From Lobosporangium transversale (taxonomy: Eukaryota), in NCBI RefSeq assembly GCF_002105155.1, contig NW_019028982.1, positions 1,116,001 to 1,180,000 on the forward strand: a stretch of 64,000 bases of DNA, written 5' to 3'. Made by a program: the position numbers and the translations under genes. This document shows, piece after piece, positions 51,491-64,000 of the stretch. Position 1 is the stretch's first letter. Each line of letters starts with the position of its first letter. The notes beneath the pieces were generated by a model. The model made no database searches. It had not been told where the DNA came from and saw nothing but the letters and a program-made list of their open reading frames with translations.

Positions 51491-53701
51491 ATGGACACAG
51501 ATCAAGCAAACAGACAACCGCCATTGCCCGCAAAGCTGCGTTGGAGACCTTATGCTAATGGCAGTAACAAGAAAAACAACACCAAAATAAAAAAGGATGA
51601 CCAATCACGAGGGACTCGAGGTCATGCCAAAGCAATGGCTCACAAAATGCGAGGCCAGCAGTATTACACCGGTAAAACTCAAAACGCGCCTGCGGGTATC
51701 CAACTACAATGGGACGAGCCTGAGACTATCGAATCGATGAGTCATGGGGGGCACCAGTACCACCATCCTTTCCATAACGGTGACCGGTCGCGTGATACCT
51801 CACCCAGTTCTTCAAGCTCGGGTTCGAGTTCAGCGTTTTCAGCACCAGCTACAGCAACAGCGAAACAGGGCATCCGCCCTACGACAACGAACAGCATCTT
51901 CGTTGGCAATGTAGACAACATCAGCGCCGGTACTATGCAAAATCCTGTATCTTCCTTGCCATCACCTGCTTCTCCTAACTCGAAGTTGCCGAATACTAGG
52001 CTGGATCTGGTTGGTGGGCAGTCGGATCTTACAAAGTACATGGCTACCATTCCAGACTTGACAAGAAACACCCTTGTACAGAAGGATGCTCAATCTCTAA
52101 ACTCCATGACATCTGATACTGCCTACCAGATTGCCTTGAACGCCCTGTTTCAAAATCAGAATACGAGGCCACCGTCTAACCCCTTTCACACACCTGCAGG
52201 CTATGGACCAAACGGTATCACTAACGCCACTACAACAGCAACAACGAACAATGCTAATGCTCCCATCATCAACAACGGTATTACTCCTACCACTAACATT
52301 TCTGTTGCTCCAATCGCCCCTTCTATCCCAACTTCCAATATTTTTAATCCTCCAAGCCTCAATAATGTTTTCCTTTCTGATCCAAATCGAGCATTAACAA
52401 ATCAAGAGCTGCTTGGTGTCTCAAATATCGACGAATTACTACTCTCATGTGGTCTCGCACAAAATAACGTCAACAACAACGCCCACGCCAGCGCTTTTTT
52501 GAGTAATCCACAGACACTCGCTTCGCCTGCAGACACAGATCAATCATATAGCTCATCACCTATGCCTCCGTTACTCGACTTCCGCAGTAATAGAAACAAT
52601 GTATCGCGCGCTACTTCACCGTCGTCAGGAGCATTTTCCCCAATGGCTCTTACAAGCACAGCCTTTGAGACGCTTCTGTCACAACCGGTTGTTCCACAAC
52701 AGAGTTACCAACAGCAAGGGCAGCAACCAACGCCGCAAGCGATGAGTATGAATACTGATTGTAATTCAATCAAGGATGCCACATATAACTCCTTACTTAA
52801 GGAGTTATCATCTCCATTCGAATACATTTCAAAGAGTGGAGACTCTACAGTAAGTAATGTGCCAACTGCATGGCCTTCACTGTTCCCCAATACCCTTTCA
52901 GAGCCAGATGCACCCCTGGTCAAGGCAACTCCTCAACCAATAACACAGCGAAGCGAGATTGGGACTCAGACTGATGGACTATACCAGCCACCGCTTACAC
53001 CATTGTCCACAGAAACACCAACGTCATTCAACGGATCACCTTTATCTGCTTTGGGTCTCTCAGAGGAAGGGCTTGATCCTGACTGGTTGAGCTTCTTGGA
53101 TGAGGCATCACCACTATTTAATGACATTGAGACGCCACAGCCATCGCTTTCTGACATCGAGATGAAGACATCGAGTCAAAATGTCAATAGAAATCCAAAT
53201 AGGACACAGTATGATAGGACCTTCTGGAATTGGGCCGAGCAATTGCTCAAACCAGGGGCCATGACTCCTACAGTTAGTCGCAATGGGTTCCCGGGCACGG
53301 CGCCAACGATGACAAATGTGATCCCCAATGGCAGCATTAACAATGGCGGTCTCGTTAGGACCTTGCACGGGTCCAATCAACAGAAAAATAAAAAATCTTT
53401 TGGTTCTTCTGGGAATGTACCTGGAGATCTCACCGAGAGTCAAGGAGCTAAGACAAAGCTTGAGAGCATCCAGGCAGAGAGTCAAAATGGGGAGCTTGAT
53501 GACATCAACGGGGGAGGTAACAAGGATGACAAGGGCGTCAAATCCAACGAATCGGACAAGGAGAAAGCGTCTGCATTTGAGCGCTCAGTCGTTAAGGACA
53601 AGGAAGAGGACGCCAATCTGGTTGAGAAGAGGTTTGATGGGTTCAAGGGACTTATATCCCTCATCAGGTCGCTCTGGATCAGTGATGACGATGACAAGTG
53701 A
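51491..53701 (+). CDS. Orphan low-complexity S/T/N/P-rich protein (736 aa, intronless)
   Basis: Long single ORF after a pyrimidine-rich leader, ACAATGG start context. Short motif-like islands: LRWRPY, NIDELLLSCG, AWPSLFP, DPDWLSFLDEASPLF, FWNWAEQLLKP, GLISLIRSLW. Confidence 0.8.
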   Translation: MDTDQANRQPPLPAKLRWRPYANGSNKKNNTKIKKDDQSRGTRGHAKAMAHKMRGQQYYTGKTQNAPAGIQLQWDEPETIESMSHGGHQYHHPFHNGDRSRDTSPSSSSSGSSSAFSAPATATAKQGIRPTTTNSIFVGNVDNISAGTMQNPVSSLPSPASPNSKLPNTRLDLVGGQSDLTKYMATIPDLTRNTLVQKDAQSLNSMTSDTAYQIALNALFQNQNTRPPSNPFHTPAGYGPNGITNATTTATTNNANAPIINNGITPTTNISVAPIAPSIPTSNIFNPPSLNNVFLSDPNRALTNQELLGVSNIDELLLSCGLAQNNVNNNAHASAFLSNPQTLASPADTDQSYSSSPMPPLLDFRSNRNNVSRATSPSSGAFSPMALTSTAFETLLSQPVVPQQSYQQQGQQPTPQAMSMNTDCNSIKDATYNSLLKELSSPFEYISKSGDSTVSNVPTAWPSLFPNTLSEPDAPLVKATPQPITQRSEIGTQTDGLYQPPLTPLSTETPTSFNGSPLSALGLSEEGLDPDWLSFLDEASPLFNDIETPQPSLSDIEMKTSSQNVNRNPNRTQYDRTFWNWAEQLLKPGAMTPTVSRNGFPGTAPTMTNVIPNGSINNGGLVRTLHGSNQQKNKKSFGSSGNVPGDLTESQGAKTKLESIQAESQNGELDDINGGGNKDDKGVKSNESDKEKASAFERSVVKDKEEDANLVEKRFDGFKGLISLIRSLWISDDDDK

Positions 53702-54886
53702 AGAAAGAAGTAATTTTGACTTGGGTACTTGGCGTAATCGATTTCTTTTTTTTTTTTTTTTTTTTTCCACATTTAGTCCACATAGAATGTTTAACTTATT
53801 GTTATTGTTGCTGTGCTTGTTGTTATTAATGCTGATGCTCGTTATTATTGTTTTAGTTTTGCTCCTTCTTTTTTGACTGTCCTTTCATTGTCTTCACACT
53901 CCACTCTTCATTCCTTCTTTTCCTGTATATCTGTGTATATTCTCCCGCAAACTTTTTCACAATGAATTATAAATTCATAATTTATAACAATTTATTCCTT
54001 ATGATAATAAGAATCCCCTATATATTGCGCGATGATGATGTGTTTGAATATTGCTCTTGCTGTTGATGCTGTTGTTGGTGCTGAAAGTCTCGCTCTTTGT
54101 CCTTCTGATACTGAGCAAGAAGATCATTGTTCTTTGTGACAGGTCCGCGAGGATTTTCCTCTAGTACCACTAAATACAGTATAACATTTATATGACATAC
54201 GAGGGTTAGTAATGTTAATTGCTAAAAAGAATGGAGCTTTTGTTTTGTTAGAGTGTTGTATAACCTACAGCGCTTGTAAAGAACATAAGAGGAGGAGACA
54301 AAGATAGGCAAAGACAGGATAATAGTTAAAAGCCTTTTTTTTGTGACAGGAAAAAAAAAAAAAAAAAAAAAAAAAACAGAGGAATTATTAATCTGAGTTT
54401 GTCAAGAATGAGTAACTTGACTTCATATGCAGCGAAAATAAATTCACTCAAAGATCTATTACTTTTGACCCTGAGGATTCAATTTGTTTGGGAGAAAGAA
54501 CGACATTGGGAGAAAAAGAATGGAAGGCACAAAAAAAAAATGTTCAAGGAAAAAAAAGTCGATTCAAGGGGCCATGTGATAATTCAATTGGGAATTAAGG
54601 AATTAAGGGCAAATAACCACAGCAATTAAAGATTGAAGAAATCATTTTCTAATTGACGATGCTGTTGGGCTGTGCTCGATTTTCCATTAGGTACTGCGCA
54701 TGACCCATCTTGTATGGTGAGAAAAGATATAAAAGGGAGAGAAAGTTCTCTCTCTTTTTCTATTCTTTCTTTCTCCCTTCACTCCCTCCCTCCTCTGCTT
54801 ATTCGCGCTTCTTAGTAATAACTATATTCACTCAGTTAAATTAAAAAAGGAAAAAAAAAAGGCAAGAAGAGTACGGAGGTACATCC

Positions 54887-57800
54887 ATGTTGTTCTCGTA
54901 CAATCGAAAGGGCTTAAGTACCTGGGATCCTAATCCAGACCTCGAATTCCAATACTTGGAAGAATATGCTCTTAACCCTGATGCGCGTCAGGATCTCCTT
55001 AAGTCCTGCACAGCCGGGACAAAAGAATATCATCTTATGAAACTTCGTCTCATTTCTCAAGAGCTCCAGCAAACATTGCCTGAAGAGATCACGACTGCCA
55101 TGATCGAAGAGGCCCGAACGGTATTACACAATGCAGAAGCGAGCTTTGGGGATCAAAACAGGGAGATCATGGAACAGTTCCGAGCACAATTCGCGATTTT
55201 GGGCTATGAAGTGGATCGAGAGTCATTGATGAAACAAGTGGAGCTCGGTCCAGTCTCGGTAACTCGACTAAACATCGACAACGCCACCAACAGCCTCTTG
55301 CCTGAGGCGACGGTAGACTTGCTAGAGCAATGGCTTGAAAGCAGTATTTTAGCACAAGTACCCACCAAGCTGCATGATGAATTGATTGAGACCAACTATC
55401 TCATTAGTTCATTAATACAGAAGTTGATCCAAAAAAATGTTCCAACTGACATCCCTGCTGTTGTATGGAAGCATCTATTGGAACAACCGCAGATGTCAGA
55501 CCTTTTGTTGCGTACAACCACGCCTAGCGAGCTATTATCCCTATTCAAAAAGATGAATATACCTCTTTCCTCAAACAACGTGGTGGTACAGTCAAAACCT
55601 GGCGAGCAACAAGGAATCAGTGGACAGGGTAATGCGGCAGCCATGAGTGAGATCGATACCATCGATATCTTGATTGCTAAAGTGGTTATTAGGCTTCACG
55701 GTGCGAATATGCTGTCCTTCAGGGACGATATCAAGCAGCTAAAGCATTTGACGGTTAAACAATTAAAATATATCCAGCACAATGTATCAGGGAGCATGCA
55801 AGATGAAGGGTTTGTAGGTTTACTGGAGAAGCGGATCGTACCAGACATTTTTTCAGAGCCACTATCACCACTGTCGCCACCGCAGCAGGGGCAGCGGGAT
55901 CCGAGCAAGACAATCCTTGGTGAATGGCTGATCCGTATGCTTTCGTTCGTGGACCAATTGCCATCAAAGTTCAATCGTCACAAGCTTGCGGTTTATTTGA
56001 TGAGCTTGGAGTATGACTTAGCCAACGGTGTTATGGATAAGACCAAGTTCCTGAAGTATGCCATCTGCCTATAACAATAGGGGCCTACTGGCATTTTTAT
56101 ATAAATGAATGAACTTGCATTTGTTTCTAATTATATCTATTTCTCTAAGCTGAATCTTTTTTTTTTTTTTTTTTGGTATATATTACTAGGTTTATTGCCA
56201 TTCCTCGATACCATCGCTTCTATAACAGGAGTCAGCTCGCTACCTACGGAGGCCCTAATTATATTGTGGGCTTTGCTACCCCCAACGCCGACCGTCCTTT
56301 GGAGTATTGGTCCTCGGTATCTTTATTTTATTTTACTTTTTATCGTGATACCATGAATGAATGTCTCGCACTTGCAATGGCGCCAACTTTTTCATTTTCA
56401 TTTCTATATTTACACAACAGAGAGTCCGAGTCGCTACGCAAGTACGCGACGAGAATATTGTTGTGGAATACCTCACATATTTCCTACGACTTAAGGAACC
56501 CGTGTCTACATTTGAGCCTTACTTCGATCTCCACTCCTTCCTTCATCCACTTCTCGCCCGTGTGATGTTAACATCCCCAACGGAGAAGCACACGCCATCA
56601 GACATTGAGAAATGGTCTTCGTTGCTTCCTCTTTCCGACGGAGGGTTGTTAAAGCTGACAGAGGAAACAATTATCAAGTTTACGCATGATAATCCCCAGA
56701 CATTCATGCCCTCCGATCCTGTGGTCCTCAAACTGAAGATCAAGAATGCAAACCGGATCCTCGTCCGTGTATTTGAAATCCAGACTCTTGATTACTTACA
56801 GCAGTACCCCAAAGATGGTCCTTTGGGACTCGATCTGGATTTGGATGGACTAACTCCTAACTGGGAGCACCAATTGACAGTGGAGCATCCGGCATTGGAG
56901 ATTCACGATTTGCTAGTAACGTTACCAGAGTTAGCGGATTGTAGGGGCTCATTTGTAGTGGATGTGGTCTGTAACGGCGAAAACAGTAGCGCGTATTTCA
57001 CCAAGGTAATTAGAAGGAAAAGCAAATGTAGTGGACATTTGTTAAATCGACGCAGCCTATTAATCAGTAATTTTACACTGTAGGGCTACCTCGATTTTGT
57101 AGAAAGGCAGACTGTGGCAGGTCATTTGCTTACTATAATCGACGAAAAGAAACAAAAAATCACTGAGAACGTTGGAGTTTGGTTCAACAGCCACTACTAT
57201 AAGGTAAGAAAAAAGCGAAAGGTGCTGTGGGGTTAATTTTTCAAGTTGATTGCAAAAGTACGAGACCCTAAAATGACGCAAAATAAAAAAAATGTGAAAC
57301 ACTAGACAAATCGCGACGGCGATATTACCATTCCTTATCGCAAGTCGTCTTCAAATTCTCAGGAAAGCCTTTTCATCACACATAACGGCTTTACAAGCCG
57401 CCGTAGCTTCCGGCACCGCCTCGAATCATATGAGGTGTTGATATCATCCTATATTGATCACGAGTCGCTGCTAGCAGACATGGATGTGAAGGTGTTGCTC
57501 AAGGGCACCTTACGCCTTGTTGACGCAGATGTAACCTGCCCTGTGGATCTACTAGAGCAAGTTGTTCTGGAAGTAACATCCTATAGCAATGATGGCTCCG
57601 AGACCATGATCTCTGTCCAAGATTTCAAGCTGCATGACCTGGACTGGACAGAGTACATCTACCAGGTCCCAGAGGATTTGGTTCGTGTTAGATTTTTGCT
57701 TAGAGCGAAAATCAAATCGTTGTCAACAGGCACGCTTCAAGAGCTTTCTGACACTTCGGAGTTTTATTTTAAAAAGTAAGTTAGGTAAAGTGCACAATCA

Positions 57801-58463
57801 AATCTATTTTATGATAAGTGCAGACACTAAACTATGCCTTTTTTTATATTTTTTTTTATACCTTCCGGATACTGGTGGACGCAATTGATAGAAGCAGCGC
57901 CGATGAGATGGTTACGCTGCATGCGGCATCTCAAAGGAATAAAGTTCAAGTGCATGGGGAAATCATTACTGTTCTCCGGGCTATTCCTGTCATAGGTCAG
58001 GTTCATCCTGAATATCAGATCCTCGTCATGGGTAAAAACGGTATGTGAATAGCGGAAAAGGATCTATGCTATAATTCTTCGCAACATCCTGTGGGAATAG
58101 ACTATTTTTCTCCAAATGTTCAAACATTCAAACATATGTTTCAATTTCGTACAGGTGAAAGAAGACCAGGCGTGCCTCTCAAGATCAATATAGAGCATTT
58201 AGTTTCACTGGACACAATTGAAATTGACCTCCTATCGGATGCGGATGGTATTGTCCATTTAGGCTCGCTTTTGGGGATTATAAAGCTATCCTGTATACCT
58301 GGTCATTCTACTTGGGAATTTGCGGTTAAAAAACAACAAAGATATCCTGAAGTCATTCATGGCTCCGCAGACGCGCCTATTCACTTGCCTTTTAGCTTCC
58401 AGAACCACCTCGAGACTCGAGCAGTGGTATTGTTTAGATGTGCGTCTGACCTTGGAAGTGATA

Positions 58464-58497
<34 letters not shown>

Positions 58498-60019
58498 ACT
58501 TTACGCGCTTTTGGATGTAGTAATGCTCGCTAAAATTCTTTTTACATCTCTAAACGCCAAAATAGCTGTTGTATTGAAGACGCCACTGAGAATATTAGAT
58601 TGGAAGAAGATTTACTCATAATTGGGCACTTGGATCCAGGCTGTTATAATTTACACTTGGATGATGAAACGCTTATACATCTCCTCATTTCGAGCCCGAG
58701 GAACGCATCTTTAATACAAAGCGACGCTATCAAAGGTTTGGAAGGCTTTCATCTCCGCACAAATCCTATGCTCGAAATTCGGAACAGTATGAGGCATCCG
58801 CTCTATATCTCTTCAGTTACGGATGATCTGGTACAACAGAAGATCCATATTCAACTCCAGAATTGGACACCTGCGACACGAGTCTGTGTTGTATCCTCAA
58901 AGTTCAAGCCATACAGGTCTATGCTTGATGATATGGCGCCATTCAAGGATGGGAGGCCTTGGTTTAAAAAGCAGACTAACCAGCAAACAACATTATTTAA
59001 GGAAGGAAGAGTCCTAGGGGAAGAATATCAATATATTCTGAATCGCAGAGCCCAATCAAAGCATTGGGCTGGTAACCTGTTGACAAAGCCCAGTGTCCTA
59101 CTTAATCCACGGGTAATAAGAGCATTATACATCATAAAGGAGGCGCCACAAGGGAGACTGTTTTTATATTGAACTTTTTTTTCTCTACTCCTTCAGAGCA
59201 TAGGAGGAACCAGTGTGTCTCGGCAAGAGATGACAAGACATAACCCTAATAACGCTTCATCGCGTTCTAATACCTTTAGGGGCCCCGGTGGGGATAGGAC
59301 TATGGTTTCAAGTAATCCAGGCTATGATCTTGGACGTGGTGGCGCTATGCGTCATCGCAAGATTCTACCACCTGGTGCGCCTCCCTTATTCACCTTTATA
59401 GCCAACCCTAGCGTGATATTTGCAAATATGCTTCCAAGCCAAAGTGGAGTATTGGAGTTGAACCATGCAGATCTGAAAGAGGGCAATTATTTGCAAATCT
59501 TCGCTATAGATGGTTCACAGGCAATCCAACGCTGCTTTACGGCGTCCAATCGCGGTTTAAGGGTGTTTGGAGAGCCTATTGAATGGGAATACCAAAAACG
59601 CGACTTGAGGTTTAAGAGCCCATTAAGCTATGATAAGCACTATACCGGTGAAAAAACTGGGGCAATCTTGGATCCTAGAGCCCGTATGCATCAATCTCTA
59701 TCAAGCGATGAACGCGCTGCTTTGGAAGCTAAACCGCATACAATAACGCTTACCTCAACTGGAAGTTCAGCCTCTGCAGTTCAAGTCATAAACTCTGTGA
59801 GTCAGGTGTACGATTTAATGATGACGCTGCTAGAGGGCGAAGCACACAAGCAGAATCTACGCAAGTTTAGGTTCATTGTGGACTGGCATAAATTTTCCCT
59901 CATAACCAAGAACGAAATGTTCTCGAAATGGAATTGCCATGAGCTCAACTTGTTTCTTTATAGGAAGGACCGGCCTTATTTCGATGCAGTCGTGAAGCCG
60001 TTCGTCAAGGTACTTGACT

Positions 60020-60053
<34 letters not shown>

Positions 60054-62956
60054 CGACCAGCTTGGTTACTATATCAATTAATGTATCTCAAATCCGAACG
60101 CAAATAGAACAAATTGGTCAAATCGTTCATGGATAACTACTTGATTGGCGCATCTTTGGAGAAGTACACAACTCTAAATGAATTCAGTTTGTTGACTTGC
60201 ATGGAAAAATGTCTTCTCGCACAACGAATTCCAAGCTTGCGAGCTTCTGTTGCCCAGTGGATAAAAAGCAGAGTCCATAAAGCTAAGATTTCCACCAATT
60301 CCAAATTATTCAAGGCCGTCATGAAATCAGGCGCCTTAAAAGATGTCACTGACGATGGAATAACCCCTTCTTCTCCATCCACAACCCCTGGAAACATTGG
60401 AAGGTAAGCTTGTAATTTTTTATTTATTTCACCTCACTTCCACAGCTCTTACGTTGCTTCTAGCCATTGTGAGCCCATCGATTCATTTGATTGATCTTTT
60501 TTTTTTATCGCTGGATAATAGTCAGACGGGATCGGAAGGGCGAAAAAGTGACAATGATGATTTCGAAATGGTTGACAAGCCTTTGATTGGTGCTATACAG
60601 TTAAGCGATCCAGCTCTAGCCATGCAGAGCACCTTTGGAGGAACTTCACTGTTCGGGACCGGAGCCTCTGGAGCTCCACCCGCTGCTGAGGGGCTCGAGT
60701 CAAATGCTTCTAGAACAGCTTTTGGCTCCAGCAGCTATGCGGCGCCTCGGAGCGCAGCGCCAGCGACCGATATGCCTGGACAGCCTACTCCTACATTTGG
60801 AGCAGCACCCTCAAGCTTGTTTGGATCTCCCGGAGGAGCGGCAACATCAAGTGCTTTATTTGGAACAGCTACAGCAAAGGCAGCGCCTGGAGGCTTATTT
60901 GGGTCTTCTTCGGCACCGTCAGCAACGGGCGGGTTATTCGGATCATCTGTGGTGCCGGCAACAACTACTGGTTTGTTTGGGTCGTCTGGAACGCCAACGA
61001 CACCTGCTGCAAACATGTTTGGTCAATTTATGCCTAGCACCACGCCGTCAGGAACATTTGGGAGCACAGTGGCAGCTACAAACGTGCCTAATCAGCCTGC
61101 ACCTGCGCCTGCTGAAGGGATGTCTATATCATTTGGGGAAGTGGCATCAGGGTCCTTTGGAGGAGCTTCAGTGTCAACTCCAACACAACAAGGCTTACTG
61201 CCAGCACAGCGACAATGGCAACAGCAACGGCAGCTGCAATTGCAACAATTAGCACTGCAGCAGCAAGCGCAACAGGTGCAACAACAGGTGCAACAACAGG
61301 TGCAACAACAGCCAACGCAGCAAGCACAGCAGCTGCAATTGCAACAATTAGCACTGCGGCAGCAACTGCAGCGGCAAGCGCAACAGATGCAGCAACAGAT
61401 GCAACAACAGGTGCAACAGCAAGTGCAACAGCAGCAGCAGCTACCGCCGTCAAACCATCACGAGGCGCGGCGGTTAGCAGCCCAAATCCTACAGCAGCAG
61501 TACAAGCCTATCGATTTTACAAAAGAGATGATTGAGACATTTTACTGGGGCAGGCAGGATCAGACTATTGAACACAGCCGTGGGGATGTCAATGCCTTCT
61601 GGTTAGATTATATGGAGTACGATGAATCTAAGCGAGGATCATTTTTGTCAGAGGTAGCAGGCATTCCTATTGATGGACTTAAATGTTCTCACTTGTTTGT
61701 TTCAAATTCAATTTATAGTAACCAGATACATAATTTTAATTTTTTTTTCTTAACAGAACTTCGTAGCAAATGCTGGAACGTTCACGACCGTTATGGCAAC
61801 TATCGCGCTGCTCGATCTGATGTTTAATCCTAAAGAGGCAACCATCAGGCGCTCTATCGATGGCAATCTACTTGCTTCGTCGCTTTCTCCCGCAATGGTG
61901 TTTCACTCTTCGACTAAGGTACTTGAAAACATCACCGCTAGATTTCGAATCGTTGATTCATATTAACTTTGGAACGCGTGAATGGATTTTAGGAACACAC
62001 CGAGGCACCGGCTATTGGATCAGTTCTGATTATGCAGCAATACTTTGCACAACTAGACCGGACGGAGTACAACGCCAAGTTGATGGCTGACGTACGCAAA
62101 TACATTCGGCCAGGAACTACGTTCAACTCTTTAGAGACTTATGGAGCACATGTGGTTTTGATAAGTAAGTATCTGGTTAGAGTCAATATAGTAGCAACAG
62201 TGCATCAATCATCTAAATTGGCTTATCTGCCCTCTTTACGCTAGATGCGACCCCGAATCCTATGAAAGTTCATTTGGAGGTACAACTCCCACAGGGCACA
62301 ATCCCAGTCTATGACCCTCTCGAAGCCTCCCAGGATGTCGATTTAAGTGCGCATGGAACCTTTCAATACGAATATCGCTTTTATTTCCCAGAAGAAGGCG
62401 ATTTTTCACATTACCCAGCTCATGTCTCCGACTATGAAAATATCGTCGCATTCGCAAACCCAGCAACCCTCAAAGTCCGAAAACTGGGATCTAGCCGTGA
62501 CCATGATGTAGCTGAAATCAATTCTTGGTCTTACATACTCTCCTGCGGGACACAAGGAGATATTCTTCAGAAGCTAAGGTCTGATCCATTGGATGGCATG
62601 AATGTAGAACTCTTGATCCCCAGATTATACTGTGATATTGCTTTTTTCAAAGCCGTCACCAAAGTTCTCCGAGATCGATACGAATACATCGACCAAGTCT
62701 GGAGCGTAAGTATGGTGCTGCATGCTACACAAGAGGACGACAGAAAAGAGTTGCGGAAAATAGCAAGTGAATACATCGGAAAAAAGCAGATAGCTCGGTT
62801 GGTTGGAGACTGGTTTACGTCAGGGCTTGTGGTTCGTAGGCCTCAGGATCGATGCCAACCACCTTCCTTATACAAGGAGGCATTTCAGTACGTCGAGTAC
62901 TTTCCTCTTATTAACGCACGTGGTAAAGAGCTTCTTCCCCCTTTAGCTTGCAACTA

Positions 62957-62994
<38 letters not shown>

Positions 62995-64000
62995 AAGATG
63001 AGCTATGAAAGTAACGAATGTTCATATTTCCCTCCTTTCTTTCCCACTAATAGCTCACAAGGCTACCAAGCACGTAAGGGTCTTGAATACCAAGTTCAAG
63101 AACCAGTATGAACGGTTCTTGACCTTGCTCAGCGAGAAGCCGTATCACGATATTAATGATCTGCTCGTTCTGATAATCTATTTGTTGGCTCAAGACAGAA
63201 TCCTTGAAGCCAAAAAGCATTTTGTCAGGCTGACGGCTCTTGTTGAAGAGAGGCAGCTTGATCAGGCGATGAATAGTGAGGACGAAGAGCAAACAGATGG
63301 TGCACATCATTTCCAGCATATCCAATATGACTACCTTCGCGCATACCTTAGCCTTTGTGTTGAAATTCAGACAAATGAAGATGATGAAAGCGGTAGTGGG
63401 GATGATGTCAGCGGACTAGACCTTGACTTTACAGGTATCTTGGAGATTGTGGACAAGTATCACAACTACCCAGTGCAGCGATGGAACAAATTATTCAAGG
63501 ATATGAAAGCTTATGTCAATGATATTCAGCAATCCTGTGCTTCGGCGCTTAAATCTGGATCAGAAGTGGATTCAGGCGAGGTTGATGCCGTTGCGCCCGA
63601 AGCTTCTATGGGCTCGACTGAAGAATCCCTAACTGTCAATTCTGGCAAAGCTCTTTCAGGGCTTAACAAAAAACGTCCTGCATCAGTCTATTTCGGAATC
63701 GAGCCGGATAGCCATATTACAATACATCATTCCGGAATTAAGGAAGTCATTGTAGAATACTATGCTATTGACGCTGAAGCAATGTTCTCTGCCTCTCCGC
63801 TCGCGTTCGTTGAGCAGGGTGACGACGAGACGACAGCTACCGCCGCTAGCACTGGTAGTGGCACCATTCCCAAGCCTCTCTTTGGACCACCAGCATTTGG
63901 ATCGTTCAGTCCATTTACTCCAGCATATACCATACCTTCATCTGTACCTTCTACAAGCGCTTCAGTAAGCTATCGTCTGATTAAACCTAACGGTATTGAC
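54887..64000 (+). CDS. Very large uncharacterised protein (>2000 aa, 3'-truncated), possibly alpha-2-macroglobulin-like, with an FG-repeat/poly-Q insertion
   Basis: More than 12 exons join in frame from MLFSYNRK. Motifs: YLEEYALNPDAR...AGTKEYH, LDLDGLTPNWE, RGSFVVDVVCNG, GEEYQYILNRR...GNLLTKPSVLLNP, CHELNLFLYRKD, FYFPEEGDFSHYPAHV, YVEYFPLINAR|AH, IQYDYLRAYL, YHNYPVQRWNKLF. The frame is still open at the window end. Family assignment is from recall, not a search. Confidence 0.8.
61186..61440 (+). repeat. Coding poly-Q repeat with 12-bp (CAACAGGTGCAA) units and a duplicated 28-bp block
   Basis: CAGCTGCAATTGCAACAATTAGCACTGC occurs at 61231 and 61330 (QLQLQQLAL twice); QVQQ/QMQQ units. Confidence 0.85.

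Noticed and set aside
60397..61827. Stand-alone nucleoporin (Nup98/Nup116-like) gene
   Set aside because: The ORF's 5' part is intronic, and the FG tract is spliced in frame between exons of the giant gene. No GLEBS or autoproteolytic domain is present.

Overview
Eukaryotic, intron-rich, gene-dense fungal DNA. The gene families and the abundant poly-A/poly-T tracts suggest an early-diverging fungus, probably Mortierellaceae (inference only). I built exon models by hand from splice signals and reading-frame continuity. There are about 18 protein-coding genes: a partial unknown ORF, an ABCG half-transporter with a Cys-rich N-terminus, an F-box/LRR protein, a Cid1-family terminal nucleotidyltransferase, SFH1 (SNF5 domain plus GATA finger), TBCE, a YCF1/MRP-type ABCC transporter, a carotenoid cleavage oxygenase, an uncharacterised His-rich multi-TM/EF-hand protein, SOG2, ARV1, TAF14, a small ER membrane protein, adjacent ATG5 and ATG4, a prion-like RGG protein, an orphan low-complexity protein, and a 3'-truncated giant protein of a family I recall mainly from bacteria. 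The strongest leads are: (1) the giant protein, which carries a nucleoporin-like GLFG/poly-Q insert; (2) the His-rich TM/EF-hand protein divergent from the carotenoid oxygenase and near the ABCC exporter; (3) the tail-to-tail ATG5-ATG4 pair; (4) a TAG inside a poly-Q run with an open 49-codon extension in the Cid1-like gene; (5) a recurring CGC-A-GCG promoter palindrome; (6) two GC-AG introns. I could not support any tRNA, rRNA or CRISPR feature.
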